A DNA stretch of 64,000 nt from Acidimicrobiia bacterium (GTDB lineage Bacteria; Actinomycetota; Acidimicrobiia; IMCC26256; JBMOIJ01), in contig JBMOIJ010000004.1 in assembly GCA_049317385.1 (NCBI GenBank), forward strand, positions 45,591 through 109,590, written 5' to 3'. The notes under the pieces were generated by a model. It searched no databases and had not been told where the DNA came from. It saw only the letters and a program-made list of their open reading frames with translations. The translations under genes and the position numbers were made by a program. The stretch's first letter is position 1, and the number at the start of each line of letters is the position of its first letter. Positions 39,029 to 48,470 of this stretch are shown piece after piece.

Positions 39029-40222
39029 ATGACCGAACCGACCGACGCCATCGACCCGCTCATGTTGCTCTTCGTCGACCCGGCGGCGGCCGACGACCCC
39101 ACCGAGGCGTACGAGACGCTGCGCACCCAGTGCCCTGTCGCACGCACGCCCGGGATGATGGGCGACGACATGTCGGTGTGGGTGAGCAACTACGAGTATG
39201 CGCTCTGGGCGCTCAAGCACCCCGAGGTGTTCTCGTCCGAAGGCGAGTCCATCAACATCGGTCAGCAGCACGACCTCATCCCGTTGCAGATCGACCCGCC
39301 GTTGCACACCAAGTACCGACGGTTCCTCGCCGAGTGGTTCAACACTCGGGCCATCAACCCGTTGGAACCCGAAGTTCGGCGGCTCGTGAACGAACTCATC
39401 GACGGGTTCGTCGACACGGGCGCGTGCGACTTCCACGAGGACTTCGCCACTCCGCTGCCGTCGGAAGTATTCCTCGCCATGATGGGGTTGCCGCAGAGCG
39501 ACCTTCCCATGTTCCTCAAGTGGCGCGACGACATCATTCGCCCGAAGGTCGACCTGGAAGACGCCGAGGCCGTGCGCGTGCAGACCGGCGCTGAGATCAC
39601 CGCATACTTCGACGCGCAGATCGAGGAACTGCGGGCGCATCCCCGTGAGGGCTTCTGGTCGGCGCTGGTGAACAGCAACGAGTTCGAAGGACGGGCTCTC
39701 ACCCGCGAGGAGCTCCTGGGCATGGCGTTCCTGCTCATCCTGGGGGGCCTCGACACGGTGACCGCCACGCTCGACTGCATGATCGAGTACCTGGCGTTGC
39801 ACCCCGACCATCGGCGCCAACTCATCGAGAACCCGGCCATCACCGCCGACGCGGCCGAAGAGATGCTGCGGGCCCTCACACCGGTGCAGGTGGTGCCGCG
39901 TCGGATCAAGGCCGACGCCGAGCTCGGTGGCATCGAGGTGAAGGCGGGCGACAGCGCCACCATCGTCTTGGGTGCGGCCAACCTCGACCCGGGCATGTTC
40001 CCGAACCCGAACGAAGTCGACTTCAACCGGCCGCGCACCATCAACTTCGCGTTCGGCGGTGGTCCCCACCTGTGTTTGGGCATCAACCTTGCCCGCCTCG
40101 AACTTCGGGTAGCGCTCGAGGAGTGGCACAAGCGCATCCCCGACTACCGGATCGCCGAGGGCGTGACCATCACGCACTCGCCCGGCATCCGCCAGGCCGA
40201 CTCGTTGCCGCTCGTCTGGTAG
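39029..40222 (+). CDS. cytochrome P450
   Basis: Heme loop FAFGGGPHLCLGINLA (FxxGxxxCxG) and ExxR (EEMLR); 397 aa. The 703-aa track ORF is an out-of-gene extension over the ADH gene. Confidence 0.93.
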   Translation: MTEPTDAIDPLMLLFVDPAAADDPTEAYETLRTQCPVARTPGMMGDDMSVWVSNYEYALWALKHPEVFSSEGESINIGQQHDLIPLQIDPPLHTKYRRFLAEWFNTRAINPLEPEVRRLVNELIDGFVDTGACDFHEDFATPLPSEVFLAMMGLPQSDLPMFLKWRDDIIRPKVDLEDAEAVRVQTGAEITAYFDAQIEELRAHPREGFWSALVNSNEFEGRALTREELLGMAFLLILGGLDTVTATLDCMIEYLALHPDHRRQLIENPAITADAAEEMLRALTPVQVVPRRIKADAELGGIEVKAGDSATIVLGAANLDPGMFPNPNEVDFNRPRTINFAFGGGPHLCLGINLARLELRVALEEWHKRIPDYRIAEGVTITHSPGIRQADSLPLVW

Positions 40223-40225
40223 TCG

Positions 40226-41050
40226 GTGGGCGATGATGGGAGCGTGCTGGCGCTCGCGACCATTGTCGACACCGAGGCCTATCCGCTGACCGACGCTGCA
40301 TCGCTGCGGCGCCACGACGTCGTTCTCGCGGCGCGAGCCGACTTGGTGCGCACCGGGGTCGCGGAACTGCCGAGGTTCGTGCACCCTGCTGCGCTGGCGC
40401 GCATGGTCACCGAGTGCGACGAGCTGGCGGCGCGTGCACATCACCAGGACGTCACGGGCACTCCGTATCTGGCCGTACCCGACGAGTCGGTCGCGCTGGG
40501 TCATCCGTTGCGCTACGAATCGCGTTCGGCGCTCACCGCCGTGGCCTACGACGAGTTCCCCGCCGATTCCGAACTCCGCGCGCTCTACGAGTCCGACACG
40601 TTGCTCGAGTTCGTGGCGGCGATCCTCGGCGAGGACCAGTTGTACCGGTACGCCGATCCGCTCGGGACGCTGAATGTGGCCGCCATGAATCAGGGCGACG
40701 AGTTGGGTTGGCACTTCGACCAGACCGACTTCGTGGTCTCGATCGCGCTGCAGTCGAGCGTTGGCGGTGGCGAGTTCGAGACGGTCTCGCAACTGCGGGC
40801 GGCGGGCGACGAGCGCTTCGATGCCGTGCGGGCGGTACTGGACGGTGATCGATCGTCGGTGGTGCAACTCCCCATGACGCCCGGCACGCTGTTGGTGTTC
40901 AAGGGGCGCTACTCGATGCACCGGGTCACGCGGGTCGAGGGCGCGCGCCCGAGGTACGTCGCGCTGTTGGCCTATGACACGAAACCCGGCACTGATTCGA
41001 GTGAACTGTTGAAGTTGGTTCGCTACGGGCGACTGCCGGAGGCTCGATGA
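40226..41050 (+). CDS. putative Fe(II)/2-oxoglutarate-dependent oxygenase
   Basis: HxD facial-triad candidate GWHFDQTD, distal His YSMHRV, and Arg a few residues later. It starts 3 nt after the P450 stop. The family call is by motif only. Confidence 0.68.
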   Translation: MGDDGSVLALATIVDTEAYPLTDAASLRRHDVVLAARADLVRTGVAELPRFVHPAALARMVTECDELAARAHHQDVTGTPYLAVPDESVALGHPLRYESRSALTAVAYDEFPADSELRALYESDTLLEFVAAILGEDQLYRYADPLGTLNVAAMNQGDELGWHFDQTDFVVSIALQSSVGGGEFETVSQLRAAGDERFDAVRAVLDGDRSSVVQLPMTPGTLLVFKGRYSMHRVTRVEGARPRYVALLAYDTKPGTDSSELLKLVRYGRLPEAR

Positions 41051-41547
41051 TCCAGATCGGTGAAGGGTTCAGGGGCGCCGGCGCCGAAGCCGCGCACGTG
41101 AACATCGTCCTGGGCGATCGCAACGGCCCCATGGCCAGCGCGTGGGCCACGGCGTTGGCGTCGCCCACGGCGGGTCACGCATCGTTCACCGTCGTGTTGC
41201 GGCCGGGCCTGGCGGTGCGGCCGTACACGGTGTTCGTGAACAAGGCCAGCATCGAGAGCGACGACCACGCGCGGCTCACGTGGGGTGCGGCCCAAGCCGG
41301 GGTGGCGTCGGGACTGACCGACGCGCTGGCCGACGAAATCATCGACGCGCGCCACGCCGATCACTCGTTGTGCATCGCTGCCGTATGGGTCGACCCACAG
41401 GCCGTCGACGAAGAGCTCGTGTACTCGAACAACCGGTGGGCCACACGCGAGGCCGTGCGGGTGGCCATGAAGGGCGGGCCTGCGCTGCCCGATCTCTTGG
41501 CGTTGCGCGACAAGCCGTCGAACCCGTTCTTCCGCCCCGAGCACTGA
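41047..41547 (+). CDS. fae: formaldehyde-activating enzyme (Fae) family protein
   Basis: 166 aa, collinear by eye with methylotroph Fae: IGEGFRGAGAEAAHVNIVLGDRNGP, GHASF.VVL.P, TVFVNK, AQAGVA...DALADEII. It has an ATGA overlap with the upstream gene. Confidence 0.82.
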   Translation: MIQIGEGFRGAGAEAAHVNIVLGDRNGPMASAWATALASPTAGHASFTVVLRPGLAVRPYTVFVNKASIESDDHARLTWGAAQAGVASGLTDALADEIIDARHADHSLCIAAVWVDPQAVDEELVYSNNRWATREAVRVAMKGGPALPDLLALRDKPSNPFFRPEH

Positions 41548-41619
41548 CTGTCACACCGTCCCCGTAGGGTCGGTTCTGCCTCCTCACCGTCCGGCTGCGC
41601 CCGGTGTTCGGAGGTACCA

Positions 41620-42033
41620 GTGCACGATCCCATTGCCCATCCCCACGCGCTCGAGACGTTCGACGACGCGGTCGAGCTCGCGTGCTGTCTCGCCGACGGC
41701 ATGGAGCCGCCGGCGCCGGCGTGCGTCGTGGTGCTCGACGACCGGCGACGCCCCACCGGCTCGGTATTGGTCGTCGACTGCGACGACGCGCTCGTTCCGC
41801 TGCTCGAACTCGCCGCCACGGTGGTCGGTCCGGTTGCGCCGCTCACGTTCCTCGTGGTCTCGATGCACGACGGCGGTTCGGCCTGCGATCCCGATGATGT
41901 CTTCGAGTGGGAAGAAGCGCACGGTGCCGTGGCCGCAGCGGGAGCCGAGCTGCTCGACTGGCTGGTGGTCACCGAGCGTTCGGTGTTCTCCAAGGCGCGC
42001 CACGCACCCACGCCGGGGCTGGTGCGTTGGTGA
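41620..42033 (+). CDS. hypothetical protein (137 aa)
   Basis: GGAGG RBS 6 nt before GTG 41620 and coding-like composition. It may be a degenerate RadC/JAB-like fold (weak). Confidence 0.6.
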   Translation: MHDPIAHPHALETFDDAVELACCLADGMEPPAPACVVVLDDRRRPTGSVLVVDCDDALVPLLELAATVVGPVAPLTFLVVSMHDGGSACDPDDVFEWEEAHGAVAAAGAELLDWLVVTERSVFSKARHAPTPGLVRW

Positions 42034-43368
42034 TCAGTGGCCCTGCACCAACGGCAGGATCACCGGTGCCAGTTGGAACGATGGGTCCAGCTTCTGGGCC
42101 ACGCCCTCACACATCATCACGGTCTTGAACAACAGGGCCAGCTCACGGGGCATGCGCAGATGGTTGCGCCGCACCACTTCCATCAGGTCGTCGAGCACCT
42201 CACTGAACTCGATGGTGCCCAAGGCCGCGTCGCGGTACTTCTGCAAGAAGTCATCCAGGTCACGCACCATCGCGGCATGGTCAGCGGCGCTCGTGGCCAC
42301 GCCCAGGTCGCCCAGTGCGTCGGCCAGCAGCGTCGCGTCGTGGGTGGCCACTGCCATCAGCACCTTGCCCATCCCGAGGCGCAGTTCGGGCGGCACCGTG
42401 CCCACCATGCCGTAGTCCAACAACGCCAACGTGCCGTCCGACTCCACCAGCACGTTCCCAGGGTGCGGGTCGGCGTGGAAGAACCCGGTGCGGAACACCA
42501 TGCCCAGGAACAGCAGCGCGAAGTCGCGGGCCACCGCGGGTCGGTCGATGCCGGCGGCGTCGAGCGCATCGACGTCGGTGATCTTGATCCCGAAGCAGCG
42601 CTCCATCGTCAACACGCCGTCACCGCACGCGGCCCAGTGGATCACGGGCACGTGCACGCGTGGCTGGTCGCGGAGTTCTTCACGAATGCGGTCGCAGTTC
42701 TGCCCCTCGCGTGCGTAGTCCAGTTCGTTCCGCAGCGTCACGCTGAACTCGGCGGCCAACGCTTCGGGGTCGTAGCGGTCGGCCAGTTCCCAGTTGCGCG
42801 CAGCCAGGGCGGCGCCACGCGCGATGAGCGCCAGATCCTCTTCGACGCGAGCCATGACTCCGGGGCGACGAATCTTCACGGCTACGGGCGACCCGTCGGG
42901 CAGGGTTGCGCCGTGCACCTGTCCGATCGACGCCGCGGCGATCGGATGGCGTTCGAACGATGCGAACACCTCGCGTGGGTCGTGTCCCAGCCCGCGGTGC
43001 AACGCGGTGTCGATGGCGGCGAACGGCACCGTGGGCGCGCAGTCCTGGAGTCGTGCGAGTTCGGTCTCGAATTCAGGTGGCACCAGGTCGGGGCGGGTCG
43101 AGAGGATCTGCCCCAACTTCATGAAGGTGGGACCCAGCTCCTCGCACGCGGCGCGGACGTGCGCCGGCGCAACGTCGGCGTGCCGATGGCGGCCGCGGCC
43201 GCCGAGCCCGGACACGTCGAGTACCACGAACAGCCCGTGTTTGGTGAGGACGGCCGCAATCTCGGCGGCACGGGCAACGGTGCTCAATGCATGCTCAGGT
43301 GCTGATCCGACGGGCCAGGGCGTTGATGCGAACGTAGTCGAGGACGTGGTCAGGAATCGCGCGCACAA
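42034..43368 (-). CDS. ABC1/UbiB family atypical kinase
   Basis: ELGPTFMKLGQILSTRPDLVP, AAASIGQVHGA and HADPHPGN motifs. The start may instead be TTG 43287, just after the upstream stop. Confidence 0.88.
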   Translation of the reverse strand: MCARFLTTSSTTFASTPWPVGSAPEHALSTVARAAEIAAVLTKHGLFVVLDVSGLGGRGRHRHADVAPAHVRAACEELGPTFMKLGQILSTRPDLVPPEFETELARLQDCAPTVPFAAIDTALHRGLGHDPREVFASFERHPIAAASIGQVHGATLPDGSPVAVKIRRPGVMARVEEDLALIARGAALAARNWELADRYDPEALAAEFSVTLRNELDYAREGQNCDRIREELRDQPRVHVPVIHWAACGDGVLTMERCFGIKITDVDALDAAGIDRPAVARDFALLFLGMVFRTGFFHADPHPGNVLVESDGTLALLDYGMVGTVPPELRLGMGKVLMAVATHDATLLADALGDLGVATSAADHAAMVRDLDDFLQKYRDAALGTIEFSEVLDDLMEVVRRNHLRMPRELALLFKTVMMCEGVAQKLDPSFQLAPVILPLVQGH

Positions 43369-43935
43369 CCGCGCGCACGATTTCGTCGCCCTCGGAGGGG
43401 CTGCATCGGTTGAGCAGCGATCCGAGGATCACCGTGCGGAGCCACTGGTCGGGGGCAGCGTCGTCAGTGAAAGGTGTGGGTGCCGGCTCCAGCCAGCAGT
43501 CGTCGACGGTCCAGCCCGCCGCCGTGAGCGCAGCCACGGTGCCGTCGACGGTGGCGAAGTACTTGTCGTCGTGCCACTCCACGCCACGCGCGTCCAATAC
43601 GTCGGTGACCCGTTTGATGTTGCCGGCGCCGCCCCATTGCGCGCAGAACATCCCGTCGGGGGCAGTGACCGACGCAAGGTTGCGGAACAAGCGGTGGTGG
43701 TCGGTGATCCAGTGGAACGTGGCCGTCGAAAAGATCGCGTCGACTGGTTGCGAGATCGGCAACGGTTCGCGGAGATCTGCGTGCACGGAGTCGACCCGGC
43801 CGTCGTAGGCGCGCAACCGGCGTCGAGTACGCGCGCGTCCGGTTTTGGGGCGAAGCGGGTGAGGACGACCCGCCCCCAGTCCTCTTGGGGTGTGGCGATG
43901 CGGTCGTAGGTGGTGCCATCCCATTCTCGTGCCAT
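43295..43935 (-). pseudogene. class I SAM-dependent methyltransferase, disrupted (internal deletion plus frameshift)
   Basis: The N-terminus MAREWDGTTYDRIATPQEDWGRVVLTRFAPKPDARVLDAGC (frame of ORF 43429-44340) breaks at about 43808-43822. The remainder (VDSVHADLREPLPISQPVDAIFSTATFHWI...) continues in the frame of ORF 43295-43924. The Gly-rich SAM loop and roughly 35 residues are missing. Confidence 0.55.
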
Positions 43936-43993
43936 GCGGGCATTGTGGCCGCGCGGCGCCGAGATTGCGGTTCGAGTTCTTGCGCGAGCTCGA

Positions 43994-44683
43994 TCAGGCG
44001 AACCAGTTCCATTCCCACGGCGTGATGGTTTCGAAGGGTCCGGAGAAGATGCGACCGTCGGCGGGCTGACCCACCAGGTCGGCCAGCGCGTCACCGACGG
44101 CGAGCGGGTCGTCGTCGAGGTACCAGACGCGGATACGAAGATCGTTGGTGTTCCACGGGTGATCGGCGTACTCGGCCTGGTTCCCTGCGAAGGCCCAGGT
44201 GCCCGCAACTCCGGGAAGCGCCAGTGCCGCGTCGACGTCGACGGCCACGTCGAGCGCGTCGACCGTGACCCACAGGCCGCGTGTCGGTCGCCACGGAACG
44301 GCTTCGTCCGACACGAGCACCCGCGGCGCGGCGTGGGCATCGACCACGTCGAAGGGACCCGACAGATGTGAGGTGCGCGCGTGATGGAACCGGCCCCGCT
44401 CGTGGAGTTCCCGACCCAGTGCCATGAACTCGAAGAGCGTCTCGTCGACGGGCTCGGTCATCAGGTAGGTGGTGACGTAGTGAATGGGGTCGAGTCGCGA
44501 TTCACTCACGCGGCGCGCATCACGACACGCGGGCGTGCTCACCCACCGTTCGCCACCGACGATGCCGCGCAGCGGGAACTGCTCGGGCATGTGATCCAGC
44601 ATGTGCCACTCGTTGTACGAGTGGTGCGCGGCCGGGTCGGTGATCTCGGTGAACGAGAAGAACCCGACTTTCACCTTGTTCAT
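43994..44683 (-). CDS. hypothetical protein (230 aa)
   Basis: Begins MNKVKVGFFSFTEITDPAAHHSYNEWH. Composition is coding-like and no family was recognised. The upstream 260 codons of the track ORF are antisense to pgi and were rejected. Confidence 0.7.
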   Translation of the reverse strand: MNKVKVGFFSFTEITDPAAHHSYNEWHMLDHMPEQFPLRGIVGGERWVSTPACRDARRVSESRLDPIHYVTTYLMTEPVDETLFEFMALGRELHERGRFHHARTSHLSGPFDVVDAHAAPRVLVSDEAVPWRPTRGLWVTVDALDVAVDVDAALALPGVAGTWAFAGNQAEYADHPWNTNDLRIRVWYLDDDPLAVGDALADLVGQPADGRIFSGPFETITPWEWNWFA

Positions 44684-44761
44684 GCGGGCCTCGATGGGGG
44701 AGGGGGCGGCGCGGCCGTCCGTCTTGGACGGCACCGTACTGCCCCCATCTAACGTGCCTCT

Positions 44762-46393
<1,632 letters not shown>

Positions 46394-46490
46394 GGGTCCG
46401 TTCCGGGCGACCGGATTCGGGCCGGTGCCCCATCCCGGGCATCGGTCCCAATCGGGCCGTGTTGTCCCTTGGACCACGTGACCTGGGAGA

Positions 46491-48425
46491 ATGTTGGCCT
46501 TGCTGGTCGACGCCCGGGCTCCCGAACACGACGAAGCTCCTCCGCGCCCTGCCCCCCAGGGCAGTGGGGCCCCGCGCGTCCGCTACATGCCGGGGCTCGA
46601 CGGCCTCCGCGCCATTGCGGTCATCGCCGTCATCCTCTACCACTGCCAGATCGCGTTCTTCGAAGGCGGATTCCTCGGGGTCGAGGTCTTCTTCGTCATC
46701 AGCGGTTACCTCATCACTGCGTTGCTCATCGCGGAACGGCGCAACAAGGGGCGCATCAACCTCAAGCAGTTCTGGGTGCGACGGGCGCGTCGGTTGCTGC
46801 CGGCATTGTTCGCCGTACTGATCGCAGTGGCGGTCTACGCATCGTTCTTCTTGCGTGACGATCTGTCGCGCTTGCGTGGCGACATTCTGGCTGCGCTCAC
46901 GTACTCCACCAACTGGTGGTTGATCTTCGGGCAGCGGAGTTACTTCGAAACCATCGGCGCGCCACCGTTGCTGAAGCACCTGTGGTCGCTGGCAATCGAG
47001 GAGCAGTTCTACCTGCTGTGGCCGTTCATCTTCACCGGCCTCATGTTCCTCACCGACGGCAATCGCAAGCGCGTGCTCGCCATTCTGGGCGCCGGCAGCG
47101 TGGCGTCAGTCGTCAGCATGTGGTTGTTCGCGAACCCTGATCACCCCGACCGCGTGTACATGGGCACTGACACGCGTGCGTCTTCCTTGTTACTGGGTGC
47201 GATGTTGGCGTTCGTCTGGTCGCCGTGGCTGCTTTCCAAGAAGGTGAAGCGGCAGGCGTCCACCGTGCTCGATATCTCGGGGGTCGCGGCCCTGGCGGTG
47301 ATCGTGGTGTGCTTCCACTTCATGAGCCAGACCACGGCGTTCCTCTATCCCGGAGGCTTCTTGATCACGTCGTTGGCCACGTGCGTGGCCATCGCCGTCG
47401 TGGTGCATCCGGCGTCACGGATCGTGCGGCCTCTCGTCGGCTTGGCCCCCTTGCGCTGGGTGGGCGTGCGCTCCTACGGCCTCTATCTCTGGAACTGGCC
47501 CATCGTCGCGATCACCGACACGCAACGGGGTTTCCCGTTCACCGGGGTCACGCAGTTCGTCATTCGGGTGGTGCTCACGGTGGCGTTCGCCGAGGTGTCG
47601 TACCGATTCCTCGAGCAGCCCATCCGTACTGGATCCTGGCGCACCACGTTGGCTTCGGTGCGTGCCCAGCTGTCGAACGCGAAGCCCGAGCGGGCCAAGC
47701 GGGCACGTCGCAGCATCGCGATTACCTCGGTGGTGGTCGGGTGCGTGCTCGTGTTCACTGCAGTGAGCCTCGTCACGGCCAAGGGCGGCGAGAGTGCGCT
47801 CGAGCGGCAGGTCCTCAACGGGCGAAGCTCCATCGCGCTACGCGCCACCACCACGGTGGCCCCCGATGCCGTCGCCGCGTCCACCACTCCGGCGGTTCCA
47901 CCCCCACCGCGCGTCACCGCCATCGGTGATTCCGTGATGTTGGGTGCCGCCGATGCGTTGCTCGCCGACCTGGGCGACGTCTACGTCGACGCGAAGAAGA
48001 GCCGCCAGTTCAACGAAGTGTTTGGCATCGTCGAGGGTCTGCGCGCCGAGCAGAAACTCTCTCCGGTGGTCGTGGTGCACCTCGGCACGAACGGTCGGAT
48101 CACCCCGGACGCGTTCGACAAGCTCATGCAGGAACTCTCCGACCGCGAGTCGGTGATTGTGGTCACCACGCGAGTACCGCGCTCGTGGGAGGGCCCGAAC
48201 AACGACATCATCGTAAGCGAGGCGGCGAAGTTCAAGAACGTCACGGTGCTCGACTGGCACGGGTACGGCAACAGCCGGGGCGACCTCTTCTACCAAGACG
48301 CCATTCACCTGCGGCAGCCGGATGGTGCGAACTATTACGCCGGGCTGATCCGCGACAAGGTTCCGCCGCCACCGCCGCCCACCACCACGGCGCCGCCCAC
48401 CACGGCGAAGTCCGCCAAGCGCTGA
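46491..48425 (+). CDS. acyltransferase family 3 (OafA-like) with C-terminal SGNH/GDSL domain (paralogue of 6673-8685)
   Basis: GLDGLRAIAVIAVILYH N-terminus, about 10 TM segments, C-terminal AIGDSVMLGAA, and a Pro-rich tail. The start may instead be ATG 46587. Confidence 0.88.
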   Translation: MLALLVDARAPEHDEAPPRPAPQGSGAPRVRYMPGLDGLRAIAVIAVILYHCQIAFFEGGFLGVEVFFVISGYLITALLIAERRNKGRINLKQFWVRRARRLLPALFAVLIAVAVYASFFLRDDLSRLRGDILAALTYSTNWWLIFGQRSYFETIGAPPLLKHLWSLAIEEQFYLLWPFIFTGLMFLTDGNRKRVLAILGAGSVASVVSMWLFANPDHPDRVYMGTDTRASSLLLGAMLAFVWSPWLLSKKVKRQASTVLDISGVAALAVIVVCFHFMSQTTAFLYPGGFLITSLATCVAIAVVVHPASRIVRPLVGLAPLRWVGVRSYGLYLWNWPIVAITDTQRGFPFTGVTQFVIRVVLTVAFAEVSYRFLEQPIRTGSWRTTLASVRAQLSNAKPERAKRARRSIAITSVVVGCVLVFTAVSLVTAKGGESALERQVLNGRSSIALRATTTVAPDAVAASTTPAVPPPPRVTAIGDSVMLGAADALLADLGDVYVDAKKSRQFNEVFGIVEGLRAEQKLSPVVVVHLGTNGRITPDAFDKLMQELSDRESVIVVTTRVPRSWEGPNNDIIVSEAAKFKNVTVLDWHGYGNSRGDLFYQDAIHLRQPDGANYYAGLIRDKVPPPPPPTTTAPPTTAKSAKR

Positions 48426-48440
48426 GTCGACCGCACGGGT

Positions 48441-48456
48441 CGACCGGGCCCGGTCG
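48441..48456. terminator. short palindrome between convergent genes
   Basis: cgaccgggcccggtcg, a 16-nt perfect palindrome, lies in the 45-bp gap between the stops at 48425 (+) and 48471 (-). Confidence 0.3.
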
Positions 48457-48470
48457 CCGCAGCTCGCTCG

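Noticed and set aside
37074-40921. Two very long minus-strand ORFs (37074-38957, 627 aa; 38867-40921, 684 aa)
   Set aside because: Both lie opposite the TetR, ADH, P450 and 2OG oxygenase genes, which carry unambiguous family motifs on the plus strand. These are shadow ORFs.
42031-42036. Palindromic TGATCA formed by abutting stop codons of convergent genes
   Set aside because: It is probably coincidental. I have no evidence that it is a functional site, for example a methylation target.
43295-43924. The 209-aa ORF taken at face value as an intact gene
   Set aside because: Its first ~45 residues (MGWHHLRPHRHTPRGLGAGRPHPLRPKTGRARTRRRLRAY) are not protein-like, whereas the true methyltransferase N-terminus lies in another frame. 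I interpret it as a frameshifted pseudogene instead.
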